From assembly GCF_018977255.1 (NCBI RefSeq), contig NW_024704743.1, positions 94,552,001-94,616,000 of the forward strand: a DNA stretch of 64,000 nucleotides. The letters are read 5' to 3'. The DNA is from Callorhinchus milii. Its lineage: Eukaryota. Under the pieces are notes generated by a model. The model made no database searches, was not told where the DNA came from, and was given only the letters and a program-made list of their open reading frames with translations. Below are positions 1 to 12,632 of this stretch, one piece after another (positions within the stretch are counted from its first letter, which is position 1; each line of letters begins with the position of its first letter). The position numbers and the translations under genes were made by a program.

Positions 1-44
1 GAACCTCTGGAATTCCATCCCCCAATCACTCCGCCATGGATGAC

Positions 45-490
45 CTTAAAGGTGAGGACGAGGATCTTCAACTTGATCCTCTGGGGGATGGGGAGCCAGT
101 GGAGTCGGGGAGGGTGGAAGTGATGGGGTCACGGAGCCTGGTGCGTGAGAGTACACGAGATGAAGAGTTTTGAATGATCTGCAGCTTGTGAAGGGAAGAG
201 TTGGGAAGGCCGATGAGGAGGGAGTTCCCGCAATCAAGCCTTGAGGTGACGAATGCATGGGTGAGAGTTTCGGCAGCCTGAGGGGTAACTCAGTGGCAGA
301 GTCTGGCAATGTTGCGGAGTGGTGGTAGGCAGTGCCGTTCATGGAGCGGATGTGGGGGCGAAAGGACAGTTCAGGGTCAAACAAGATACCCAGGTTCCTG
401 ACTGGCTTAGTGAGGTTGAGTGTGCAGCCATGGAGGCTAATGCTGCCAGAGCCTGAGGTATGGAGGTGCTGGCGCAAGCCAATCAGGAGG
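45..490 (-). mobile_element. L2 LINE fragment (RT C-terminal region)
   Basis: Translation VRNLGILFDPELSFRPHI; homologous to 60600-61000. Confidence 0.85.
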
Positions 491-879
491 GCTATAAATA
501 TGCTGTCATTTGGTTTCCTAGCTGGAATTTTGGATCACCGATAGATCATGTCATCTTTCTGTGTGCACGTGCAGTGAATGCAGAAGCACTAACCAATGAT
601 TGTGCCACTTTATAACCCTGGTTGGTGTCTGTTTACCTTCTATGCAATCACTACACATTACAGAAAAACTCCACAAAGCACTTTTTGAAGCTTCAGTGTG
701 GTAGTGCACTATATTAAATATAAGTATAATTAATATAAGTATTATTATTTATGGATTCCAACTATCAAGTTCTGTAGCAGCAAAGGTGATACGGTGATAT
801 AAGTGGAAGGAGAAATTTATCTGTCGATTGGAGTGGGTGGGAAAATCTGAGATAAGAAACAAGTAAGTGAGGGGATCTG

Positions 880-1420
880 TTTCTTTCCTCCCTTTTTTGG
901 ACTCTTTACCTTTCTAAAGGTAAATGACCTTTTCATCAACATCAATTATACATCCACAAACTCCCACAGCTGCTTAACATCTCCTTCCCACTCTTCTTTC
1001 TTTCAATACTTCATTTAATTCTCTCAGTTTCTCCATTTCCCCAGCATTTAGTTTGATTCTACTTTCTGCGCTAGAACTTCTGAAATGTCCTTTATTGTCA
1101 ATCACTGTATCCTTCATCATGGCATCCTGTTTACTTTTGACCCAATTTCTGAACCACCAACTTCACTCCTTTTCCCTTCAATCATAATAGTGACAAAGCC
1201 CCTCTTGTCTGTCCCTTCCATCTAACCAACCTCCAAACTCCAAGATTGTCTCCCGCTTTCCTATCATCGACAGCATAATCACCGCACCAGCCAGGTTTCT
1301 CTCTTTTCGTTCGTGAAAGACTGTTCTTCCCCCATTCCATTATCACTCAGATGTATTCTCTTGCAATTGTAGTAAGTGCAATCCCCAAGCCCTTGTTTCT
1401 TCCCAAACTACTGTCCATCC
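880..1420 (+). mobile_element. Highly degenerate Penelope-like element RT/linker remnant
   Basis: DNA resembles recalled shark Penelope segments encoding YKPTDSHSYL..SHP, IPFSQFLRLRR and RVPLVLTYHP. No intact ORF. Confidence 0.5.
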
Positions 1421-1719
1421 CTTTGCACAACAGTGGACAACAATTCACCTGTCCTATCTTGCATTACTGTATTCAACAACAATTTGCACTTATATAGTGC
1501 CCTCTGTGAAGGCTGGGGTGGGTGGTTGAGACGGTGGGGAGGTGGGGGTGGTCGAAAAGGTAGGTGGAGAGAGTGTGTTCCAGAGTTTCGGGGTGTAGTG
1601 ACTGAATGCGCGACCTCCAATGGTAGAGCGGAAAGCGTGAGGGACAAGCAGGAGGCTGGGTACAGTGGTACAGTATTATAGGTGTACAGTGTTACTGGGT
1701 GCAGTGAGTTCAGTCCTCA

Positions 1720-2120
1720 TCATAATAATATTAATAATCCTTGCATATTAAATAGTGTCCTTCATATCAGGAGGAGTATCAAAACGCTTCATAGGATTTA
1801 CTGTAAAGTATTGTTTATTGTGTATGTGAACACAGACAATTTGCACACAGCAATGTCCTACAGCCTTGAAGTCAATGATTCATTTTATCTATTGGCCACT
1901 GGGAGAAACTCTCTTCTCTTGAAAGTAGTGTCATAGGATTCTTAACGTCCACCTGAACAGGCAGCTGGGATTTAACATCTTGGTTTTATATTTCATCTGT
2001 ATTGGAGTGTCAGTCTAGATTATGTGAGTTCAAAGTCTTGACATGGGACTTGAAGCACAACCTTCTGACACTTTCTGACACAGAGGCGAGAGGATTACCA
2101 ACTGAACCTGGCTGACACTC
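1720..2120 (-). mobile_element. Old DeuSINE/SacSINE1-like SINE
   Basis: Deu-domain-like core (tcttaacgtccacctgaacaggcag) plus a tRNA-like head (cagccaggttcagttggtaatcctctcgcctctgtgtcagaa on the - strand). Confidence 0.7.
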
Positions 2121-3974
2121 CAAGTTCAGATTGGGAGACGGCTTCACTGAATATTTCTATTAGATCCATAAACATGATTGTGACCTCTCTGCTACCCCAC
2201 ACATTTGTTTTGGAGCTGTACTGGAAACCCACACATTCTGCTTTTCTTTGTTCCGCAACCTCCTGTTAACAGCATTTCACAATCTGTCAGGGATCCACCA
2301 AGCTTCCCTCCGAAATGTAATCGTTTTGTAACTTATTTCTCACTTATTTCCTGCCCTTTATCCTGTGCAGTGACTTCTCCGTGCAAACACTTGGAGTTTT
2401 GATGAAGGATTGTGCTCAAACAGTTAATCTTTCAGATGTTAATTAGCCTACTGTGGATTTCTGACATTTCTGTTCTGCAACTCAACTACAAATTCTGGAA
2501 CACTGCACATAACAGATATCACTGTAACATATAAGAATAGTTCCACAAATGTTCTGAAGCAATCCTATTCTCAAATTATTTTTATGAATCATGAGGAAAT
2601 GTTTCACAACAGTTTTCAGAGATAAATTGGTGCACACGGAATGAAACGACTTTGCTTCATTTGATGTAAAATATGAGTTGTGGTTAATGCAGAGGTTTGC
2701 CAAATATTCACCGGGATTTAACTGAACTGGAACATCGTAATAATATCTTGTGAAAAGTAAGCTGACTGTCAAGTGTCAAGTGTAGGAAGCTCACAAACAG
2801 GAGTAATTTTGATAGCTTGAGTTCACTAAACCAATCATTCACATTTTATAGACTGGTTTTGCTTAATAATCACATTTTGCCTTTTGCTATATTTTCATTA
2901 TTACTGATATTACCAAGATTTTGGAGTATTCATTTTAAAATCAACAAACACTATGGAAATTATTTAGACTATGTAAAACAAATGATCTGTAATAAATCAT
3001 TGAAGATTTAAATTTATACCCACTACCTCCTCCTTCCCTTCCTTCTCTGCCCCCCCCCCCCCCACCCCCCAATCACTACAATCCAGACCCTTACCTTCTC
3101 CTTCATGCAGTCATCTTGAAAATCTGAGTTTGGACCTCACTAATGTTCAAGAAATTCCTATCAGCACTGTCCCCTTCATTTACCTGAGCCATGCTTATCC
3201 TGGATTCCTAACCCTCATTCAATCTTAGTATCCCAGTGTTTCACTCCCACCATCATTGTCTGTCTGAAACTGACCTCTGCATCAGGTATAATACTGTACA
3301 TCAGCATTGCTCGCCTGAGACTGTCTCTTTGAAACCCTCAGTCACCAAATGTAACACTGAATAACATCAATGACTGCCGAAGACTGTCTTCTTTAAACCC
3401 TCTGTCACTGGTTGTCCTTCAAACCCTCAATGCCAGTCATGCTGAATATCAGCATTGCCTCATTGATAACACCCTCTAAAAACCCTACCTCACAGCAAAT
3501 TCAGTATTCACATGCAGTAGTGTACAGGGGGTTTAACAGGCTACTCTAGCAAAGCAGATCTTGGGGCCTAGAACATTGCAATCTCTGTGTGTTAGTCTGA
3601 TTTTACAATCTGGGACACTTACATGTATTGAGTGTTAATTTGCAAGGCTTTAAAAGAATCCCTGAGATATGTCAGATTATTGAGAGAACATACAGTCTTC
3701 AGTAAAACTATTTTTATTTGTAACAACTATTCGGGAGACGACAGATATGATGTAACCAAAAGGACTTTTAATTAAGTAAAAGTCACTGATTTTCCAAGAC
3801 ATAGACATGGAAAATGACCTTTAGAACTTGAGATATATAATTGCAGTTAATTTTGCAGTCCTTCTTCTACCAGGTGTAATAAATTGCTGTACTTTTGTGA
3901 TCGTTATCTGAGTCTTTCACTCGTTTATGTTATTTCCTGTGTTTATCAATGTGTTTTTATAGATATTTATCAAC

Positions 3975-4200
3975 TGCACCCCACAGTCCCTCCGCCTGAC
4001 CCTACCATTGCTTCCTTCAAGACCCATCTCAAGACCCTCCTCTTCGACCATGCTTTCGATCACCCTGCTTCCCCCCCCCTGCCCTCCCCAATCCCGACCC
4101 CCATCTCGGGTCCAAAACTCTGTCTGTCCAGAGCTTTGGCACGTCCTCCCGTTGTGAAAGCGGCTGCACAAATGTAATTTTTATTGTTGTTGTTGTTGCA
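3975..4200 (+). mobile_element. L2 3' fragment
   Basis: FKTHLKTLLF motif, 3' stem-loop and (TTG)n tail. Confidence 0.85.
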
Positions 4201-5184
4201 TCCTTAGCTCTCAAATCCTGTGGATTGTGGATTATTTCTACATTCTAATATGGTACCTCAATTTATTTGTTCATGGTAAAGTGACTGCAAGGAGGCATTT
4301 TAATACATACTGACATAAAACAAATGGCAGTTGTCTGGTAGCAACCAATTTATAGAATTTGAGTGACTGCATGCTTTTCCTGTGAAATAACTTATCCCAT
4401 TGGCATGAATTGCAGCATAAATATACAAGTAAAAAATAAAATGAGGATTTTATGTGTATTTTCCAAAAGCAAAGAATTATGCAGTTAAATCTACTCTACC
4501 TTTTTATATAATGTTCTACTCATTATTTCAGTTATGTAACGACAGCAGCAAGATATATCAGATATATGCAGCAAGGTATATCAGATATGTGCAATAACAC
4601 ATCTGGTTTATTCTTTGATTATCAGTAAATGTACCTGTCTTGTGACCGAGCAGATGCATCTCATTCTCTGCTGGTCAGTAAATTTATCAATCTTGGTGGT
4701 GTAATGTGATAGTGAGAAAGTGCATTGTAGGTCAACAGCAGAGTGGGCAATGTTGGATGAGTTGTTCAGCAACCAAGGTCAATACATTTACCAATAAACT
4801 GAGAATCCTCCTCTCCATAGTGTTGCAAAGGATTGATCTGAGTAAATAAATTACAAGATCAAGAAGATCTCATCCCTGAGATATACTACTGTCTTGGAAC
4901 ATTGCAGATTAATGTCTTACTCTGTACAATAATGATTGCAATTGATAATATCACATTATTACGTTAAAACATCTCAAACTGTGTTTTGTGGGCAAATGTA
5001 GCAGCCAGTTTGTGTACAGTAATGTCCCAAAAAGAACTATGAAGAATAATTCACACAATTTATTTGAAGAATTGTGGCCCAGGACATTGGAAGTAACTAC
5101 CTTGTCTTTTCAAATAGTATTTTAACTTTTATCTTTAACCTCCGTCTGAACAGGCACACAGGGTCTCACTTTAATATCTCATCC

Positions 5185-5600
5185 AATAACAACAACAAAT
5201 TATATTTATATAGCGCCTTTCACATTGGGAGGCCGTCCCAAGGTGCTGGACAGTCAGGGATTTGGACCCAAGCAGACGGTTGGGATAAGGGGTGGTGGAG
5301 GGCAGGGATGGTAGGAGGGTGGCTGAAGGCGAAGAGGAGGATGTTGAGACGTGCCTTGAAGGAGGCAAGGGAGTGAGCGAGGCGAGGGGACTGTGGGATG
5401 GAGTTCCAAGGGGCGGGGGCAAAAAGACTGAAGGCCCGACTGCCAATAATGGGGTGGGCCGGGCAGGGGACTTGGAGCAGGCCAGAGCTTGCTGAGCGGA
5501 GGGAGCGGACAAGTTGACATGGTGTTAGCAGGTCACACAGGTAGGAAGAAGCAAGGCCGTGGAATGTCTAAAAGGCGAGGACGAGGATCTTGAACTCTGA
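5185..5600 (-). mobile_element. L2 3' fragment nested in an old DeuSINE (~4930-5700)
   Basis: (CAA)n tail followed by gcgcctttcacattgggaggccgtcccaaggtgctg; the flanks carry Deu-type sequence. Confidence 0.8.
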
Positions 5601-5829
5601 CTGATGGCAACTCAAATATTGGACTTAATTTTCCAGTACTGCATTGGATTATCAGACAGAATTAAGAGCTGAAGTTTGGGTGTTGGACTTGAACTCACAA
5701 TCGTGTGAATACAATTGTAACAATGTACAGCAATCCATCACAATGCTTAAGGGTAACCAAACCAAACTAAGATTTCTATATATCTATGCCACCTATGTAT
5801 GTGACTATTTCTTCGTCTGGAATAAAGTG

Positions 5830-6240
5830 CGCAATTTCTCCCTGGACTCCCAGAGAATCCAGAAATAACAGCAATAGCCAAGGTTTAAGGACCCCAGAGT
5901 GTGTGTTGGTGTACCACTTAGAGTTTAACCAGCTAGAACCATATAGCTTGTCATTGAGAGCACTGTCTGGCAAGCTCCTCTGCTTGTCCAGCTGGGACCA
6001 CCTGACCTATTACGTCTTTGACTCAGAGGGTTAACAGGAAATGAGTGGAAAGAATCCCTGATCCTTGGAACTGGTCTGCCCTTCTAAGTTATGCCCGAAG
6101 AGCCAGGCTGTCTGGTCTGTTCATCGGCGGTGCCTTGGAGTACTGTGGAACCATCTGGCTCCAAACCTGGATTACTGGTTGCGTTACCAAGCAAGGCCAT
6201 GTTTACATTGTCATAAATCAACTCACAACCTAGTTGTCCC
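5830..6240. repeat. Unclassified dispersed repeat (homologous to 51600-52070 in the opposite orientation, and to fragments at ~8995-9060 and ~31200-31285)
   Basis: Shared blocks such as cattgagagcactgtctggcaagct, gagtggaaagaatcc and ccttggagtac. Confidence 0.75.
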
Positions 6241-6859
6241 CGTTTCTCATACGTTGAAACGATATACAGCTATTTCCTAGATTGATTCTGAAACATGCTA
6301 ATCTGCTCAGCAGCAAAATGTTGTAGGCAGCAATATGATAAGATCAATGTTTTCACTTGTGAGTTTGTGCATCACCTACTTATGGTATAAGTACGGTATC
6401 CTATCTCAAACGTATCCGCTGCGTATATCACAGGGATGTTAATTTGTATAATCATAATGTTGCCCAGCCAGGGACTCTCCAGGAATACTTTTTTCACGTA
6501 CACTTAACAATACTGCAATTTCTTAGACAAGAAACATGAAAGTACAACTAAACTTGCAAAATAAAAATGAAAGCTTTGCATGGTATAAACAGAATGCCAG
6601 ATATGAACATGTGAAATTTTGCTTCATTCGTATGGCAGATTGATGCAAGTGATTCAGTGTGAGGTCAGCCTCAATTTTGCGCAGAAAATTTGTTTTGGCG
6701 TGTTGCATCCTCTATCAATCATACATCCAAAACAAAAAAGGCACAATTCTAAAGGCCATCATCACACATTGTTTTCTTTCAGATTCTTCTAAATGTGACT
6801 GTTTGTGAACAAATAATTAAAACAAAGAAGCACAATTATGAAGGCCTATCAAAGTCCTT

Positions 6860-7165
6860 TTGTGTACTTCACGCCCTCCCCACCCCATCGTCTTGCCCTC
6901 CCCACCATCGGCAGGCTTTCTACCCCTTCGCTGGAACTCCTAGGAGTTCCTTCACCTCTCCCCTTCCCTCATCTCCTTCAACGTCCATCTCAAGACATTC
7001 CACTTCAACAGCACTTTCGGACATTTTCTCCTCACCTACCCCACTTGAGCTCCACGCTTCCTGAATCCAATGCCAGCTCAGGTACAAAACCTCGATTTAG
7101 GGTTTGTATCAGCGCCTTAGGACAATATCCCACTGTGAAAGGTGCTATATAACTGCAATTTGTTG
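6860..7165 (+). mobile_element. Old L2 3' fragment
   Basis: cccaccatcggcaggc...gcgccttaggac..gtgaaaggtgctatat tail. Confidence 0.75.
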
Positions 7166-8312
7166 GGAATATTATTGGAAGCAAATAATGCACAGGAGTG
7201 AACATTCTTGGAATATTTTGAGAAATAATTTAAAGACTATTAATAGAATTATATAATATTATAGCACAGGAGGACATTTATTATGCCAGCTATCTGAAAG
7301 AGCTATGCATGGAGTCCTTTTTCCCAAACCATACATTTTTTAAAAAATAGAGTATTTGCCCAATTCCCTTATATTGTGTTGCAGAATAATTACATTAATT
7401 TCTCATACCCAAAGCTGTATTCAGCCATGCACAATAAACTGAGTCCATACCTATTTGCATGTGTAAGAGTAAGAATACGTAAGCAAACCAACAAAATTAC
7501 ATTTGTACAGTGCCTTTCACGTCAGGAGGATGACAGAGAGAAAGGACAATTTAATTTTATTGCCCAGTCACATCAATCAGTTTGGTGGGTATTAGAGAAC
7601 AGATATGATATACATAGTCATTACTGATAACATATAAAATGGTGAAATGCTGCATGATTATGTTTGCAACTAGAGTATTCAAACTTTTGAATAGCAATAG
7701 TCCCTCATTTAATAAAAAAAACCTGAACAAATTGCTATGGTTAAGAATGTAAAATATTTTGGATGACCTGTATGCTCAAAATTTATTGTTAGTTAAAAGT
7801 TATTGAAATAAAACTTAATTATATAGATACTTAATTTTTGAGTTTGAAAAAAGTTCAAGATTTTCTGCAAGTCTTTCTCTTGTGTAGGGGAAACGTTGGT
7901 TATGAGATATAGATTTGCATAGACCTTTACAGCATGGACACAGGCCATTCAGTCCAACCAGTCCATTCTGGTGTTTATACTCCATGGGAGTCTCTACTCA
8001 TTCCTTACTCCCTCTCATACCCTTCTAATCCCTTTTTCCTCATGTGTATATCAAGCATCCTCTTCAACCTCTGCTCTGGGAAGCAAATTTCACATTCAAT
8101 AGACAATGGAGGTTTGGGAAAATTTTAGAACACAGTTGGACCACTGTTTATCTTTGAGAGTAAAATAATTGTTTGCTCAATTTTCTAATAAACTAATCTC
8201 TGTTTCATTGATTTTTTTTGGCTGGAGGGACACACCCTGCAGCATTTCACACTATCCTGCATGACGAGCGCTAAATAAATGCGTTGTTGTTGCTTACCTA
8301 ATTCATGACCGT

Positions 8313-8990
8313 ACAACAACAACAAGATTACACTTGTATAGCGCCTTTCACGTCGGGAGGACGTCCCAAGGCGCTGGACAGTCTACAGCATTTCAGAGCT
8401 GAGCTGGGATCAAGAGGGGAGAAGGGAGGGAAGGGGGATGACCGATGGCATGGTCAAAGAGGAGGGTTTTGAGGCGGGATTTGAAGGAGGCTGAGGAGGG
8501 GGCGAGGCAGAGTGATTGCAGGATGGAATTCCAGAGGCTGGGGGCAGAGTGGCTGAAGGCTCTCCTGCTAATGGTGGGGCGGGTGAGTCGGGGATGTGGA
8601 GCAGGTCAGAGCCGGCTGAGCGGAGGGGATTAGGAGGTCACAGAGGTAGAGTGGGGCTAGGCCCTGGAGGGCTTTGTAGGTGAGGACCAGGATCTTGAAC
8701 TGGATCCTCTGAAGGATAGGAAGCCAGTGGAGTCGGGCGAAAATGGAGGAGGTGGGGTCACGGAGTTTGGTGCGGGAGAGGACACGGCTGCAGAGTTCTG
8801 GATTATCTGCAGCCTGTGGAGGGAGGAGTTGGGAAGGCCGACAAGTAGGGCATTTGCATTGTCGAGCCTGGAGGTGATGAAGGCATGAACAAGAGTTTCA
8901 GCGGCCTGAGGGGTGAGGTAATGACAGAGTTGAGCAATGTTACAGAGGTGAGGGAAGGCAGAGCGGGTCATGGCTTGGATGTGAGGCAAA
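8313..8990 (-). mobile_element. L2 3' fragment (~680 bp)
   Basis: [24 protein letters not shown] motif and (CAA)n tail. Confidence 0.9.
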
Positions 8991-9069
8991 CAAGGCTTGG
9001 AGACCCCAGAGTGTGTGCTGGGGTACTACAAGAATTCAACTCGCTAAAACCACATAGTTTACTATTTTA

Positions 9070-9381
9070 TATAATAATAATCCTTGCATTTGATATAGCG
9101 CTTTTCACATCTTCTCAACGTCTTAAAGTGCTTCACAGAATAGACTGTAAAGTGAATTGACCGTATATTTGTGGGCGATACGTGGCAGCCAATTGCGCAC
9201 AGCAGTGTCCCACAAACAGTCGTGGCTTGAAAATGACCAATTTATTATTGTTCGGTTTTGGAGAGATTATTATTAGGCGTGTGGAGTAAGGAAACTTGCC
9301 CAAGGTTTCGCCCTGCCTGGAATTGAACCCAGGTGTCTCGCTTGCAAGGCGAGTGGTCTAACCACTGAGCTACAGGACTCC
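9070..9381 (-). mobile_element. Young tRNA-Ala-derived SINE, full length
   Basis: Head ggagtcctgtagctcagtggttagaccactcgccttgcaagcgag...ggttcaattcc (A/B boxes, TGC anticodon) and (ATT)n tail. Confidence 0.9.
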
Positions 9382-11269
9382 ATTTTAGTGCGTTTCATTG
9401 AATAATTCACAGTCATTCCTGCAGTAATTAATGCAGTGTATGTCACATGTATGTTGTCCACTTCTCCCAGGTTGCGGTGAACAGGGCCTACTCAGAGCTC
9501 TATAATTTCAGCACATTGAAGTGGCAGGATGAAAGGATGACTAATTATTTTCTACCTAATCTGGGGTAATGAGACCAATATTAGCACTCTTACTGCACAC
9601 ATAGGTGAGATCCATACAGACCAGAAACCTTTCTTTGACATTTTCTTCAGGACATGACCAAGTATGTAAAAAATTCTTCTACAATCTATAAGCAATGTTA
9701 TAACATGAAAAGCGAACAGCAAAGAACAAACAGAATTATCGAGGAAACAAATGCCAAAATTGTGAAGTTGCAGTAAAACACATTTTGCTGGAACAGGGCC
9801 AGTCAATACCATACACTGGTATGTTGGTGTACAGTGTGTTTCTTACAACAACAACAACTTGAGCTTATATAGCGCCCTTCAGGACGAATGCATCTCAGAG
9901 CACTTAAATGGACGGCAATTATATAACGATTTCTCACGTATGGGGTGTGAATACAAAAAAGATGTAACTTGATTTAACATGACATACTTGATTTAACTGA
10001 TACTTTTTGGTCAGTTCTGAGATGTAGTTAGCTACTTGTATTCTTTATGTATTTATCTATACTGTTAAAAAGAGGTCCAATATTTTGGTCATCTTTCTGT
10101 TTTCTGACACAGAAACAAAATTGTGTTTTGTTTTGCGGCAAGCGTTACGGAAAGCATTTTTACAACGTTTTATTCGTGAACATCAAATATTAGGTAAAAA
10201 GCAAAAAAGTGGAGATTCCCATAAGCTACTGTGAAAATAAAATTTGGTTATTCATATGTCCTGACCTTCAGGCCCTACATAACTAAATTAGCAATGTTCT
10301 AAATTATGTGACACTACTTATATATTCCAAGATTAATTTTCAGATATATATTGTAAATTAAGATTGATATGTGAGAGTAACTTAAAGATAATTATAGTCT
10401 CAAGATTCAGCTAATAAGCTTTTTGCTGTCATAGTTTGTAATGTCAGCTGAACTTTGAGAATAGCTTTCTTGCCTTGTAATTCAGTTACAGGTTGTCAGG
10501 CAGTTATCTACAGTTATCTAAGGTTTTGAAGAACATTCCTCACTAAAATAACTTAAAGGCCTCAAATAAATCACATGGACCATCAGACATTTGAAAATTC
10601 CTCTAGCTTTGTTACTATTACTTATGACATGATGTGAACTCCACGATTAAATATATGCTTGTAATGCATAGGTATGTATTATTCTGTAAATAACTGGATT
10701 GATACTTTTTATTGAAAAGCAGAGATCATATATTGTACAATTAGTATTACGTCAACAAGATCAAAATGTGTTTTATTTCGTCATCCTGAAATTAAATATG
10801 CCTAACTTACTCAAAATATTCCCTCCCTCACTTTGTTCAAAGTCCATCTCAAGATCAACCTCTTTGACCATGCCTTTGGTCATTTTTCCACTCCCACCGC
10901 CACCCCTCAGCTCCCACCACCAGCTCTGGTGTTAAGCCAATGTTAAGAGCTTTGAGCGTCCTCCTGATGTGAAAGGTGCTTTATAAATATACATTTGTAT
11001 TGTACTGCTTCAGTTTGAAAAATAGAGGTGCAGTTACGATGGCTTGGTCCTTGAAGAAAGCTGCATAGGTGGTTTGTTTTCCAAAACTGGATGATTTCCT
11101 CTCACTACAAAATATTGTATGAACATCCGTGGGACTATCTAATAAGATCACAAAACAATAAAATACATTTGAATAATTAAATGCAATAAAGATCTTACTG
11201 TACATTATGCTTGTCACAAGGGTAACTCATGCGAAAGTCTACCTTATGATTAACACTAACAACAAAAAA

Positions 11270-11375
11270 CAAAAATAGAAGTCGTTTGGAACACTCAGCA
11301 GGTCAGGCAGCATCTATGGAGAAAGGAAAGTGAGTCACCATTTCGGGTCCACGACTCTTTGTCAGAACTGGGTCA
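11270..11375 (-). mobile_element. Penelope-type terminal repeat fragment with degenerate minimal hammerhead motif
   Basis: The - strand reads CCAGTTCTGACAAAGAGTCGTGGACCCGAAATGGTGAC...CATAGATGCTGCCTGACCTGCTGAGTG. Confidence 0.6.
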
Positions 11376-11619
11376 TGTTGGGAGGGAGAGGCTTTTAAGG
11401 GCTAACAGAGAGGGGGGAGGCAGGGCAAGGAAGACAAAGGAGAAAACAGGGTACAGGACAGTGGATGATGAGTTAAATTCCTCTTTTAAATGCATGTGTA
11501 CAGGCTGTAAGTAAGTACAGGATTAGGCTTGCTATGAATCCCTCCATGGTTACATGATGCACTAAGGCTCTCTTTCTTGACTCACATATGAAGAATGGCC
11601 ACTTGGGTGAAGGCCCAGA

Positions 11620-11970
11620 AACAACAACAACAAAATGACATTTGTATAGCACCTTTCACGTTGGGAGGACATCCCAAGGCGCTGGACAATCAGTATTTCG
11701 GACCCAAACTGTGGGTCAGGATCGGGGAGGGCGGAGGTCAGGTGGGCGAAGGAGAGTGATTAAATGCACGGTCGAGGAGGAGGGTCTTGAGACCGGTCTT
11801 GAAGGCAGCAAGGGAGGGGATGTGGTGGAGGAACTGCAAGACGGAATTCCAGAGGGTGGGTCAGAGTGGCTGAATGCCAGCTCGGCAATGGTGGAGTGGG
11901 CGAGGCGGGGCGTGAAGCAGGCCGGAGCCTGCTGAACGGAGAGAGCGGGCAGGTTGGTAAGGAGTTGGTA
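11620..11970 (-). mobile_element. L2 3' fragment
   Basis: (CAA)n tail and stem-loop; homologous to 60160-60540. Confidence 0.85.
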
Positions 11971-12632
11971 GGAAAGTTACTGACAGCTGAAGGACTAAAC
12001 CCCAGAATGAATCACTGTCTGCAAGAACGATTTCTGTGGTGAGATATTCTAACTATGGGAAAAGTGGGTAAGTGGTTGAAGCAAAATAAAACTACATACA
12101 CTTATCAATACGTATATTGGAGTGTCAGCCACCCTTATGTCTCCCTTGCAAGACACTGAGATGATACTGAGATGACACAGTGAATATGTCTTAAATAGGT
12201 TACAGTAGTACCTCAAATCCTAAACAGATTTATCTGTAAGCCATTTCAGATTTCCCTCTCCCCCAAGGTAAACAGAAAACACCTGCAATATCTAGGTATT
12301 CCCTCTCACAGTGCATGCACGTAGGCAATCAATGTTGTTGTAAAATTTAACCCTTATTGCAATAATGTTTATCGTAAACAAATGGGTAGTTTTTCTGAGG
12401 GAAGGGGGAATCTCATTCTCGGTACAAAGAGAGGAATCATTCCCAGTGTGAGTGAAGTGAAGGAGGCAAGAATCTCATTCTCAGTATGTGAGCGAAGGAG
12501 TGAAGAGGAGTATCTCAATCTCGATGGGATTGAGGAAGGTGGGTGGTGGGGTGGTGGGGAGGAACTCATTCTTGTTGTGATTGAGAGGTGGGAGTAAGGG
12601 GGGTGGGTGTGGGGAGGGAGGGAGGGGAGAAT

